Source: an uncultured Planctomycetia bacterium (lineage in GTDB: Bacteria; Omnitrophota; Gorgyraeia; VGKN01). Taken from it: a DNA stretch of 64,000 nt. Under the pieces are notes generated by a model. The model searched no databases and was not told the DNA's origin. It saw nothing but the letters and a program-made list of their open reading frames with translations. Location of the stretch: assembly GCA_964506845.1 (NCBI GenBank), contig CAZDNS010000001.1:5618-69617 (forward strand), written 5' to 3'. The translations under genes and the position numbers were made by a program. Shown here piece after piece: positions 1 through 9,270 of this stretch. Each line of letters begins with the position of its first letter. The stretch's first letter is position 1.

Positions 1-675
1 TTTACCGGTGAGGCAATATCAAGGCTCGATATGGATGACAGGTTTACAATGTGTAATATGGCAATAGAGGCAGGCGCTAAAAACGGTATTATAGCTCCGG
101 ATAAAAAAACAATTGAATATGCAAAAACCAGGCCCGCTAAAAGAAAATACAGGATTTATTCCTCTGATAAGGATGCGAGATTTTCTTTGATAAAGGAGTT
201 TAACCTTTCAAAACTCCAGCCGCAGGTGTCAGAGCCGCCGCTTCCGAGCAATACCAGGCCTGTGGGAGAATTAAATAAGGTAAGGATTGACCAGGCGGTA
301 ATAGGCTCCTGCACAAACGGAAGGATATCGGATTTAAGGATTGCGGCGCAGATTTTAAAAGGAAAAAAGGCGCATAAGGATGTCAGGGTAATTGTAATTC
401 CTGCTACGCAGAACATATACCTTCAGGCGATAAAGGAAGGATTGATTAATATATTTATTGAATCAGGTTGTGTGGTCTCAACTCCGACCTGCGGTCCTTG
501 TTTAGGCGGCCATATGGGTATATTGGCAGAGGGAGAATCCGCCATATCCACTACCAACAGGAATTTTGTAGGCAGAATGGGGAGTGTAAAAAGCAGGGTG
601 TATCTCGCAAGCCCTGCGGTTGCAGCCGCTTCAGCGATAAAGGGTAGAATTACGCATCCAGAAGAGGTTAAATGA
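1..675 (+). CDS. leuC: 3-isopropylmalate dehydratase large subunit (5' end outside window)
   Basis: Motifs [29 protein letters not shown]; followed by leuD. Confidence 0.95.
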   Translation, partial: FTGEAISRLDMDDRFTMCNMAIEAGAKNGIIAPDKKTIEYAKTRPAKRKYRIYSSDKDARFSLIKEFNLSKLQPQVSEPPLPSNTRPVGELNKVRIDQAVIGSCTNGRISDLRIAAQILKGKKAHKDVRVIVIPATQNIYLQAIKEGLINIFIESGCVVSTPTCGPCLGGHMGILAEGESAISTTNRNFVGRMGSVKSRVYLASPAVAAASAIKGRITHPEEVK

Positions 676-1166
676 AACTCAAAGGCGAAGCCCATATATT
701 TGGGAACAACATAAATACGGACGAGATTATCCCTGCAAAGTATCTTAAAACCCTGGATAGAAATCTCCTCGGTGGATATTGTATGTCAGGAATAGACGAG
801 GATTTTTCAAAAAAGATAAGAAAGGGCGATATAATCGTTGCAGGGCAAAACTTCGGCTGCGGTTCGAGCCGTGAGCAGGCGCCTATCGCCATAAAATCAG
901 CAGGTATTTCCTGCGTCATAGCCCGGAGTTTTGCGAGGATATTCCTAAGAAACAGTATAAATATAGGGCTTCCCATACTTGAGGTTAAGGAAGGACTTGA
1001 TATTAAGGACCAGGATTTATTAGAGGTGGATTTAAAAGAAGGGGTTATACTGAATAAATCCACCAATAAAACCTATCAGGCAACGAAATTTCCTGAGTTT
1101 CTTGAGGAGATTATAAAAGCAGGCGGGCTTATAGAGTGGGTCAGGAAAACAAGGAGCGGAAGATGA
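672..1166 (+). CDS. leuD: 3-isopropylmalate dehydratase small subunit
   Basis: [20 protein letters not shown]. Confidence 0.95.
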   Translation: MKLKGEAHIFGNNINTDEIIPAKYLKTLDRNLLGGYCMSGIDEDFSKKIRKGDIIVAGQNFGCGSSREQAPIAIKSAGISCVIARSFARIFLRNSINIGLPILEVKEGLDIKDQDLLEVDLKEGVILNKSTNKTYQATKFPEFLEEIIKAGGLIEWVRKTRSGR

Positions 1167-1444
1167 AGGTCAGTAAGGAACAGGTAAAAATAGTCGCTTT
1201 TTCTGACAAGTATAAAATTATCGGAACCGGGCATAAATTTCCAGAGGGAAGGTTCTCTGATTTTGTAGACAGCCTGCAAAAAGGTTACATCACCGTTACG
1301 GATGCCAGGATATATTCTGTATCAACTGATGAGCTTCTGTATGAAAGCAAATTTATGAAACTCAATCTGGCTTATGTAGAAATGATAATGCCTTTATCCG
1401 AATTTACCGAAAGAAGGAGCACCGATAAGTCATATGAGCTCTAA
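1163..1444 (+). CDS. Hypothetical protein (DUF6812-like)
   Basis: ATG 1163 overlaps leuD stop; GRFSDFV...ITVTDA pattern; coupled to leuB. Confidence 0.6.
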   Translation: MKVSKEQVKIVAFSDKYKIIGTGHKFPEGRFSDFVDSLQKGYITVTDARIYSVSTDELLYESKFMKLNLAYVEMIMPLSEFTERRSTDKSYEL

Positions 1445-2495
1445 GCAATACGATATTGCGGTTATTCCCGGCGATGGAACCGGACCGGAGGTAATAAGGG
1501 AGGGTATTAAGGTATTGGAGGCGGTAAGCGAAAAAACCGGTTTTAAATATTCGACTCAAACATTCGACTTTGGCGGAGAGAGATATTTAAAGACAGGTGA
1601 GACCCTGCCTGATTCTGCTGTGGAGGAATTAAAAAAATTCTCTGCGATATACTTAGGCGCAATCGGCCACCCTGATGTAAAACCCGGAATTTTAGAAACA
1701 GGGATACTCTTAAAACTTAGGTTTTCCTTAGACCAGTACATAAACCTTCGGCCTGTGAAACTATATAATGCCGAGTTTTGCCCCCTGAAGGATAAAACAC
1801 CGAAGGACATCGATTTTGTGGTGGTGCGCGAAAACTCAGAAGGCCTTTACAAGGGTATGGGCGAGTTTCAGAAAAAGGGAACAAAAGAGGAAACTGCCAT
1901 ACAGATATCTCATAATACCCGGAAGGGTGTTGAGCGCTGTATCCGCTATGCCTTTGAATACTGCAAGAAAAGGAATAAAGATAAAAAACTTACACTTTGC
2001 GGGAAAACCAATGTGTTAACTTATGCCTGGGATTTATGGCAGAGGACATTTAATGAGGTGGCAAAGGAATATCCCGGTATAACCACAGACTATGCCCATG
2101 TGGATGCCACCACAATGTGGTTTGTAAAAAACCCGGAGTGGTTTGACGTTATTGTAACCGATAATATGTTCGGCGATATTATTACCGACCTCGGTGCAAT
2201 GATTCAGGGCGGAATGGGAATTGCCGCAGGCGGAAATATCAATCCCGAAGGCGTGTCAATGTTTGAGCCAATAGGCGGAAGCGCTCCAAAATATACCGGT
2301 AAAAATATCATAAATCCCCTGGCGGCAATCTGCGCGCTGGGTATGCTGTTAGAAAATCTGGGCGAAACAGAGGCTTCTAAATTAGTGGAGAATTCGGTTA
2401 TAAGGATAGTCAGCGAAAAATTAAAATCCCTTGCTGCAGGAAAGATGGGTTACTCAACTTCTGAAGTGGGAGATTTGGTGGTGAAAAACTTATGA
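1434..2495 (+). CDS. leuB: 3-isopropylmalate dehydrogenase
   Basis: [27 protein letters not shown]; leu operon context. Confidence 0.92.
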   Translation: MSSKQYDIAVIPGDGTGPEVIREGIKVLEAVSEKTGFKYSTQTFDFGGERYLKTGETLPDSAVEELKKFSAIYLGAIGHPDVKPGILETGILLKLRFSLDQYINLRPVKLYNAEFCPLKDKTPKDIDFVVVRENSEGLYKGMGEFQKKGTKEETAIQISHNTRKGVERCIRYAFEYCKKRNKDKKLTLCGKTNVLTYAWDLWQRTFNEVAKEYPGITTDYAHVDATTMWFVKNPEWFDVIVTDNMFGDIITDLGAMIQGGMGIAAGGNINPEGVSMFEPIGGSAPKYTGKNIINPLAAICALGMLLENLGETEASKLVENSVIRIVSEKLKSLAAGKMGYSTSEVGDLVVKNL

Positions 2496-3637
2496 AAAAA
2501 TCAAAGTATAACGTAGCAGTAGTTGGTGTAGGTGCAGTAGGGATAGAGATGCTCCGCTGTTTAAGACAGCGCAATTTCCCTGTAGGTGAACTCCGCATTT
2601 TTGCCCGCTCAGAACGGATTATTGAGGTGGACGGCGAAAACTACGCGGTTAAAAGCATATCGCCTGACGGATTTAACAACATAGACATAGCGCTATTTGC
2701 CGGAACTGAGGGTGAGAAGGGAGCGGCAGTAACCTATGCTAAAGAAGTGATAAAAAGGGGTGCAGTGGTTATAGACAACGGCGCGGATTTCAGGATGGAC
2801 CCGGATGTGCCTTTAGTTGTACCAGAAGTAAACGCCAAGGATTTGGATCTCATTAGAAATTGGTTACTTGGAAAAAAACACAGGCCAGAAGGCCGTGGTT
2901 TGGCTTCCAATAGCCAAAGCCACAGGCCAGAAGGCCGTGGTTTGGCTTCCAATAGCCAAAGCCATAAGGGCATAATAGCAAATCCAAACTGCTCCACCAT
3001 TCAAATGGTGGTGGCATTATGGCCTATATATAAAAAGGTCGGTATTAAGAGAATAATTGTAACCACCCTGCAGGCGGCCTCCGGCGCAGGAAGGCAGGCA
3101 GTGGAGCAGTTAAGAAGAGAGTTGATGGAGTTAGGTAAAACAGAGTATCAGAGAATCGGGGTATCAGAAAATCAGGAAAGGGCTTTGCCGCAGCAACTTG
3201 CCCTTAACGTCTTTCCGCATATAGGAAGTTTTACTGAATGTAATTATACCAATGAGGAATGGAAACTGGTAAAGGAAACCCATAAGATTATGCACGCTTA
3301 TAAAATCAAAATCTCGGCAACCACTGTAAGGGTGCCTGTAAGAACAGGCCATTCGGAATCAGTCTATATCGAAACTGAAAAACCGATTGAGCCTGAAAAG
3401 GTAAAGCAGGTTCTCTCAAAGGCTTCCGGAATAATCGTGGTTGACGATATAAAGAATAATCTCTATCCGATGCCGAAGGACACAGAGGGAAAAGATGAGG
3501 TTTTTGTGGGAAGGATACGCAAGGACCCCTTCATTAAAAATGGCCTGTGGCTGTGGATAGTGTCGGATAATCTGAGAAAGGGCGCGGCCCTTAATGCGGT
3601 TCAGATTGCGGAATATTTAATCGGCTTAAAGAAATGA
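2492..3637 (+). CDS. asd: Aspartate-semialdehyde dehydrogenase with an in-frame ~38-aa repeat insertion
   Basis: VPLVVPEVN, IIANPNCSTIQ, DNLRKGAALNAVQIAE. Confidence 0.95.
   Translation: MKKSKYNVAVVGVGAVGIEMLRCLRQRNFPVGELRIFARSERIIEVDGENYAVKSISPDGFNNIDIALFAGTEGEKGAAVTYAKEVIKRGAVVIDNGADFRMDPDVPLVVPEVNAKDLDLIRNWLLGKKHRPEGRGLASNSQSHRPEGRGLASNSQSHKGIIANPNCSTIQMVVALWPIYKKVGIKRIIVTTLQAASGAGRQAVEQLRRELMELGKTEYQRIGVSENQERALPQQLALNVFPHIGSFTECNYTNEEWKLVKETHKIMHAYKIKISATTVRVPVRTGHSESVYIETEKPIEPEKVKQVLSKASGIIVVDDIKNNLYPMPKDTEGKDEVFVGRIRKDPFIKNGLWLWIVSDNLRKGAALNAVQIAEYLIGLKK
2879..2962. repeat. Exact 2 x 42-bp tandem repeat with hairpin inside asd
   Basis: cacaggccagaaggccgtggtttggcttccaatagccaaagc twice; hairpin at 2912-2947. 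Confidence 0.95.
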
Positions 3638-5199
3638 GTCCTGATAAAAAAAGACAGAGCTGGGCATCCCGGCTTGGCATAATACTGGCAGTTGCAGGAA
3701 GCGCAGTAGGGCTTGGAAATTTCCTGAGGTTTCCTGTGCAGGCGGCCTCAAACGGCGGCGGCGCCTTTATGATACCCTATTTCATATCCCTGCTTCTGCT
3801 CGGCATACCGCTTATGTGGATAGAATGGACAATAGGCCGTTTTGGAGGAGGTTTTGGCCACGGGACTGCGCCGGGGATATTCCATTCCCTATGGGAGAAA
3901 AACAGGTTCATCAAATATTTCGGAGTAATTGGAATATTCGGGCCATTAGTCATTTTTATATACTATACCTATATAGAATCCTGGACGCTTGGATACAGTT
4001 TTTTTGCGCTTTTGGGGAAATACGAGGGGATAAAGACCCAGGCGGGTATGCAGAGTTTCCTGAGCGCCTATCAGGGCTTGGAGAAAAACCAGTTTTTTAA
4101 CAGTATTCTGCCTGCATATATCTTCTTTTTGATAACCTTTATATCGAATATTGTAGTGGTATATTTTGGCGTATCAGGAGGGACTGAAAGGCTATGTAAA
4201 ATTGCGATGCCTGTCCTGCTAATAGCGGGAATTATTATGGCTATAAGGGTCCTGACCTTGGGTATCCCTGATTTGTCAAGGCCTGACTGGAATTTGGTAA
4301 ACGGCCTGGGGTTTTTATGGAACCCGGATTTTTCGGTCCTAAAAAGCGCAAGAGTATGGCTTGCTGCATCCGGCCAGATATTTTTTACATTGAGTGTGGG
4401 AATAGGCGTGATTTTAACCTATGCCAGTTACTTAAAAAAGGCGGATGATGTGGCGCTCTCGGGGCTGACTGCCGTAAGCACAAATGAATTTGCCGAGGTA
4501 ATCTTGGGAGGAAGCATAGTAATCCCTGCCGCATACGTATTTTTTGGCCCGGTTGAGATAGCAAATATCGCAAAGGGCGGCGCCTTCAACTTAGGTTTTG
4601 TAACGATGCCTTTAGTCTTACAGCAAATAAACTTCAGCGCCTTTTTTGGCTTTGTATGGTTTTTGCTTTTGTTTCTGGCAGGCGTTACCTCCAGCGTCTC
4701 TTTGATGGAACCTGCTATCGCATTTATGGAGGATGAGTTCGATATTGGCAGAAAAAAAGCGGTTATCATATTTGCAGGAATTTCCTTTATCCTGTGCCAG
4801 CCTGCGATATTCCTTTTAAAACACGGGGTGGTAAACGAGCTGGATTTCTGGGGAGGGACATTCTGCCTGGTTCTGTTCGGGACAGTCGAGGTTATATTAT
4901 TTGCCTGGGTATTCGGAATGGAGAATGCCTGGACGGAAATACACCACGGCGCGGATATAAGGATACCGGATATTTATAAATTCATCATAAAATACATAAC
5001 CCCGCTATTTTTATTCCTTATACTCGGATTCTGGTTTATTCAAGAAGGAATTCCCACCATATTTATGAAGAACGTTGCGGCCGCTGATAAACCCTTTGTC
5101 TTAGGAACAAGGATAGGGCTTTTCATTATCCTTTTGATATTTGCAATAATGGTTAAAATCGCCTGGCGTAAAAAGAGAATTAACCCCGTTAGAGAATAA
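3634..5199 (+). CDS. Sodium-dependent transporter, NSS/LeuT family
   Basis: GSAVGLGNFLRFP, NGGGAF, QIFFTLS; many TM segments. Confidence 0.93.
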   Translation: MSPDKKRQSWASRLGIILAVAGSAVGLGNFLRFPVQAASNGGGAFMIPYFISLLLLGIPLMWIEWTIGRFGGGFGHGTAPGIFHSLWEKNRFIKYFGVIGIFGPLVIFIYYTYIESWTLGYSFFALLGKYEGIKTQAGMQSFLSAYQGLEKNQFFNSILPAYIFFLITFISNIVVVYFGVSGGTERLCKIAMPVLLIAGIIMAIRVLTLGIPDLSRPDWNLVNGLGFLWNPDFSVLKSARVWLAASGQIFFTLSVGIGVILTYASYLKKADDVALSGLTAVSTNEFAEVILGGSIVIPAAYVFFGPVEIANIAKGGAFNLGFVTMPLVLQQINFSAFFGFVWFLLLFLAGVTSSVSLMEPAIAFMEDEFDIGRKKAVIIFAGISFILCQPAIFLLKHGVVNELDFWGGTFCLVLFGTVEVILFAWVFGMENAWTEIHHGADIRIPDIYKFIIKYITPLFLFLILGFWFIQEGIPTIFMKNVAAADKPFVLGTRIGLFIILLIFAIMVKIAWRKKRINPVRE

Positions 5200-5327
5200 A
5201 GTTCTTTAACCCCGTTAGAAAAGAATTTTGTAATTGGGCGAGTGGTGCGCAATGACGATGATTTTAAAACTCATTATAAGTAATCTACGCATAACGACTA
5301 AAAGTCAAAGGTTTTCTCTAACGGGGT
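5183..5327. mobile_element. Family A MITE-like element, copy A1 (doubled left end; supplies transporter stop codon)
   Basis: accccgttagagaa ... ttctctaacggggt terminal inverted repeats; second left end at 5209. Confidence 0.8.
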
Positions 5328-5368
5328 AAAACCCCAGCAAAAGCTAACCTCTAGCCTTCCATCATACA

Positions 5369-6118
5369 ATGCGGAATATCAAACTTATTATTGAATACGA
5401 CGGAACTGATTTTTGCGGCTGGCAGGTCCAGACCAGAAATAAGGATAAGGAGTCTATTCAGAGCGTAATACAGGATGCTCTAAAAATCATCTTAAAAGAA
5501 AGTGTCAGATTAACAGGCTCTGGCAGGACCGACAGCGGCGTCCACGCAAAAGGACAGGCGGCAAATTTCAAGACAAAATCCTGCCTGCCGTTAAGAAAAC
5601 TGCATAAATCCCTTAACGGCATACTGCCCGGGCAAATAAGGATATTGAAAGTAGAAAATGTACCGCTTAATTTTAATTCAAGATTCGACGCAAGCTCAAA
5701 AACATACAGGTATACAATTTTAAACCGGAGGGTGTCATCGCCTTTTTGTGAGAGGTTTTCTTATTTTGTCCCACAGGCGCTAAATCTGAATGCTATGAAA
5801 AAAACCTCCGGATTTTTTATAGGAAACAGAAATTTTAAGGCATTCCACACCAGAGAAAAAACAAAAAGATATTCTTCCGTAAGAAGAATAGATAGGCTCG
5901 CGGTAACGAAAAATGGTGATTTTGTTTACATCGACATCAAGGCAAGCGGTTTTCTCCATAATATGGCAAGGCGCATTGCGGGCGCGCTTATACAGGTGGG
6001 CTCAGGAAAGATTTCGCCTGAAGCAATCAAAAAATCGCTTACTAAAGGGTGCGATTTACCCTTAAAATACAATGCGCCGAGTAAAGGATTATGTCTTATA
6101 AGGGTCAAGTATGCTTAA
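5369..6118 (+). CDS. truA: tRNA pseudouridine(38-40) synthase
   Basis: YDGTDFCGWQ, GSGRTDSGVHA, GFLHNMAR. Confidence 0.95.
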   Translation: MRNIKLIIEYDGTDFCGWQVQTRNKDKESIQSVIQDALKIILKESVRLTGSGRTDSGVHAKGQAANFKTKSCLPLRKLHKSLNGILPGQIRILKVENVPLNFNSRFDASSKTYRYTILNRRVSSPFCERFSYFVPQALNLNAMKKTSGFFIGNRNFKAFHTREKTKRYSSVRRIDRLAVTKNGDFVYIDIKASGFLHNMARRIAGALIQVGSGKISPEAIKKSLTKGCDLPLKYNAPSKGLCLIRVKYA

Positions 6119-6128
6119 AATTTTGTCC

Positions 6129-6157
6129 TTGACACCAAAGAATCTATATGATAGGTT
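6129..6157 (+). promoter_or_regulatory. Sigma70-type promoter
   Basis: TTGACA-17 bp-TAGGTT with TGn extension, upstream of Yip1-rplM-rpsI. Confidence 0.55.
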
Positions 6158-6198
6158 TAATAAATTAATTTATACAACCTCTTAAAAAGGAGAAAATC

Positions 6199-6912
6199 AT
6201 GGATGCAGAAACCAAGCCAGAACAGGAAATAAAGCCTCAACAGGTAGCATGGGAGGATAGAAAGAATACTGGAGTTTTAGGTGGCTGGATAACCACATGG
6301 AAAGAGGTAGTATTTAGCCCGGCTGCATTTTTCAACAGGGTAAGCCCTCAGGGCAAGATTACTGACGCTCTTACCTTCGGGATAATACCGGTATCCATAT
6401 CCATCATAGTTTCTGCTGTAATAGCAATTCTGTATCAGGTTATAGCCAAGACTCCGCCTGTAGGGATGACAAGTCAGCAGGTAATACTAATTAATGCAAT
6501 ACTTATTGTTACATCCCCTCTTCTTGCCACAATAGGCCTGTTTATAGGAAGCGCCATTTACCATTTGTTTGTCCTTTTGTGCGGCGGCAGAAAGGGCTTC
6601 CGCGCCACCTTCAGGACAATGGGCTATACCAATGCCATTGCATTATTCAGCCCTATTCCGATAGCAGGGCCATTGTTTGTGGGGATATATTCTATTGTTC
6701 TGCTTACCAAAGGCTTTAAGCGGGTCCACGCTATAAGCACTGCAAGAGCAGTATGGGCGGTCCTTATACCTGTTATTCTTGGTATTCTGCTTTTTGTAAT
6801 TGCGGCTGTATTATTAGGCCTATTTTTAACGCTTACTCCGGGAGCTGCCGGCACAATAGCTCCGCCTGCTGGCACTGGCACAGGACAGGTAACTCCGCCA
6901 CCGACACAATAA
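6199..6912 (+). CDS. YIP1-family membrane protein
   Basis: WKEVVFSPAAFF, HLFVLLCGGRKGFRATF; ~5 TM segments; AGGAG RBS. Confidence 0.75.
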   Translation: MDAETKPEQEIKPQQVAWEDRKNTGVLGGWITTWKEVVFSPAAFFNRVSPQGKITDALTFGIIPVSISIIVSAVIAILYQVIAKTPPVGMTSQQVILINAILIVTSPLLATIGLFIGSAIYHLFVLLCGGRKGFRATFRTMGYTNAIALFSPIPIAGPLFVGIYSIVLLTKGFKRVHAISTARAVWAVLIPVILGILLFVIAAVLLGLFLTLTPGAAGTIAPPAGTGTGQVTPPPTQ

Positions 6913-6916
6913 GATA

Positions 6917-7351
6917 ATGAGGACATTTGTAGCAAAACCCAAGGATATAAATCGGAAATGGTTTTTAGTTGACGCTAACGGCATAGTGCTTGGCAGGCTT
7001 GCCGTCAATGTCGCAAAAATCCTATCCGGAAAGACAAAAGAGGAATTTACCCCTCATGTGGATAGCGGCGATGGCGTCATTGTAATAAATGCAAATAAGA
7101 TAAAGGTAACAGGGAAAAAAAACCAGGATAAGATTTATACCAGATATTCGGGGTATCCTTCAGGGTTAAAGAAATTTACCCTTGAAGAACTGCTGAAGAA
7201 TAAACCTGAAGAGGTTATTGGCCGGGCAGTCAAAGGGATGCTTCCGCATAACAAATTAGGAAACCATATGCTTAAGAGGTTAAGGGTGTATGCAGATAGC
7301 AACTTCAAACAAAGCGTCCAAAACCCGATAAGGTTAGATATAAAGGAATGA
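6917..7351 (+). CDS. rplM: 50S ribosomal protein L13
   Basis: WFLVDA, LGRLA, FTPHVDSGD, VKGMLP. Confidence 0.97.
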   Translation: MRTFVAKPKDINRKWFLVDANGIVLGRLAVNVAKILSGKTKEEFTPHVDSGDGVIVINANKIKVTGKKNQDKIYTRYSGYPSGLKKFTLEELLKNKPEEVIGRAVKGMLPHNKLGNHMLKRLRVYADSNFKQSVQNPIRLDIKE

Positions 7352-7749
7352 AAATGGGAGAAAACAGGCTTACAACAACAGGCAGAAGAAAAGAATCAAT
7401 CGCAAGGATACAATTAATCCCCTCTGATAAACCAGGCGTCATCGTAAACAACAGACAACTTGATAAGTATTTTGCCCGGGAAGACCTCCGGGTCATAGTC
7501 AAACAGCCTCTTGTGCTTACCAATACAACGGATAAGCTGGCTATTATAGCCAATGTGGCAGGAGGAGGAGAAAGGGGCCAGGCAGAGGCAATAAGGCACG
7601 GCATTAGCAGGGCGCTGGTGTTGCTCAACCAGACATATAAGTCCATCCTAAAGCAGTATAAACTCCTTACAAGAGACCCCAGGATGAGGGAAAGAAAAAA
7701 ATTCGGACAGGAGGGTGCAAGGAAGAGATTCCAGTTCTCTAAACGCTAA
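7348..7749 (+). CDS. rpsI: 30S ribosomal protein S9
   Basis: TGRRKESIAR, LTRDPRMRERKK, QFSKR. Confidence 0.97.
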   Translation: MKMGENRLTTTGRRKESIARIQLIPSDKPGVIVNNRQLDKYFAREDLRVIVKQPLVLTNTTDKLAIIANVAGGGERGQAEAIRHGISRALVLLNQTYKSILKQYKLLTRDPRMRERKKFGQEGARKRFQFSKR

Positions 7750-7759
7750 TTAACATATC

Positions 7760-7812
7760 AGACCTATTTTGTCTTTGTATCGAGAAAATCCTTGACGAAA
7801 TAGGTCTTTTTA
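7760..7812 (+). terminator. Putative intrinsic terminator after rpsI
   Basis: agacctattttgtc / gacgaaataggtct stem followed by a T-run. Confidence 0.55.
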
Positions 7813-7858
7813 TTTTAAAATTAGGCTTTACAATATATTAGACCATCCTCTAAAGGTG

Positions 7859-7947
7859 TTAGTCCCTTCCTTTAAGAGGTATCAGGAAGGACTACCCTGC
7901 TGGGTTAGACCCTTCCTTTAAGGTATAGGAAGGTCTATCCCGCTGGA
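7859..7947. repeat. Two tandem ~45-bp hairpin units
   Basis: ttagtcccttcct..aggaaggacta and ttagacccttcct..aggaaggtcta. Confidence 0.75.
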
Positions 7948-7958
7948 TTAGAACAAGG

Positions 7959-8084
7959 AAATGATGCTATAACAGAAACAGATCCCTCGCTTATTCACCC
8001 TGAAAATCTCGAAGATATTTTCAGGGTAAGCTCGGGATTAATTCCGACATATCCTTGACGCTTTGCGTCAAGGGTGTCGTCATT
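7959..8084. mobile_element. Divergent family C element abutting the argC RBS
   Basis: aaatga...ccttgacgc-ttt-gcgtcaagg...tcatt then aaggag; internal hairpin ccctgaaaat/attttcaggg. Confidence 0.5.
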
Positions 8085-8096
8085 AAGGAGAATAAA

Positions 8097-9122
8097 TTGA
8101 TTAAATGTGCGGTTGTGGGCGCAACAGGCTATGCGGGAGAAGTTCTATTAGAACTTTTATTAAAACACCCTAAGGTAAAACTGACCAGCCTTTATGCCAA
8201 GGTAGATTCTGCTCAACCAATATATAATTTTTTCCCCAAGTTTTATGGACGGCTTAATCTATTATGTAAGCCTTTGGAAATAAAAGAGTTAAATAAAAAC
8301 TCTGATTTTATCTTTCTGGCTTTACCCCATAAGGTGTCAATGGAGATTGTTCCGCATATATTACAAAAGGGGAAACGGATAATAGACTTAAGCGCTGACT
8401 ACAGGCTCACGGATTTAGCGATTTATAAAAAATATTATGGGGTAGCTCATCAGGATAATGGAAACATTAAAAAGGCAGTTTATGGTATTCCGGAACTGTA
8501 TAGAAAGAAAATAAAAACCGCTACACTAATAGCAAATCCGGGGTGTTATCCTACAGCCGCAATTTTAGGACTTGCGCCGTTATTTGCTAAAAAGAACCTG
8601 ATAGATATTAACTCCGTCATAATAGACGCAAAATCCGGCTTTACCGGCGCAGGCAGAAATCCAATTGCTCATTTTATATTCTCCGAGGTAAACGAGGCTA
8701 TTAAACCGTATAAGGTTAATGTCCATCAGCATTCTCCTGAAATAGAGCAACAACTCGGCCTTATCGCAGGTGAAAAAATAAGGGTAACATTTGTTCCGCA
8801 CCTTATTCCTATTGACAGGGGAATAATCAGCACGATCTATATAAGGTTAAAGAAGTTAGCAGGCATAGAAGAATTGTTTAGACTATATGAAAATTTCTAC
8901 AAGGGTGAAAAATTTGTAAGAATACTTCAAAGCGGTAAATTCCCTAATTCAAAGGATGTATTAGGAACCAATTTCTGCGACATTGCGCTAAGCCTGGATA
9001 TAGAAAAAAAACAGCTAATAGTAATAAGCGCTATTGATAACCTTATGAAAGGCGCAGCAGGACAGGCCCTTCAGAATATGAATATAATGTGCGGTTTTGA
9101 CGAAACCATTGCTCTAAAGTAA
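8097..9122 (+). CDS. argC: N-acetyl-gamma-glutamyl-phosphate reductase
   Basis: GATGYAG, IANPGCYPT, DNLMKGAAGQA; TTG start 8097 after AAGGAG. Confidence 0.95.
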   Translation: MIKCAVVGATGYAGEVLLELLLKHPKVKLTSLYAKVDSAQPIYNFFPKFYGRLNLLCKPLEIKELNKNSDFIFLALPHKVSMEIVPHILQKGKRIIDLSADYRLTDLAIYKKYYGVAHQDNGNIKKAVYGIPELYRKKIKTATLIANPGCYPTAAILGLAPLFAKKNLIDINSVIIDAKSGFTGAGRNPIAHFIFSEVNEAIKPYKVNVHQHSPEIEQQLGLIAGEKIRVTFVPHLIPIDRGIISTIYIRLKKLAGIEELFRLYENFYKGEKFVRILQSGKFPNSKDVLGTNFCDIALSLDIEKKQLIVISAIDNLMKGAAGQALQNMNIMCGFDETIALK

Positions 9123-9257
9123 ACCCCGTTAGAGAACTTTGTTTTCTAACGGTATTGTGTTGATGATGGCTTTCCTGTCTACCGACAGGTAGAAAACCAC
9201 CATCGAACTTATAAGGTGAAAGCAGTTGGTTAAGTCAGTGGTTTTCTCTAACGGGGT
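9123..9257. mobile_element. Family A element copy A2 with nested 20-bp B insert (9174-9193)
   Basis: Same TIRs as A1; 135 bp minus 20 = 115 bp, the length of copy A3. Confidence 0.85.
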
Positions 9258-9270
9258 AAAAAACTTACGA

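Noticed and set aside
2845-2962. Intein or intron explanation for the asd and dapF inserts
   Set aside because: Too short, no C/S...HN intein motifs and no group I/II intron features.
7838-7952. Possible mini-CRISPR array
   Set aside because: Only two full degenerate units, no unique spacers of regular length, no cas genes in the window.
9226-9270. N-terminal extensions of ArgJ (likewise ArgC 8055, ExbB 35915, PilZ 46389, BtuB 61930)
   Set aside because: They translate repeat-element DNA; better starts lie downstream, most with an SD.
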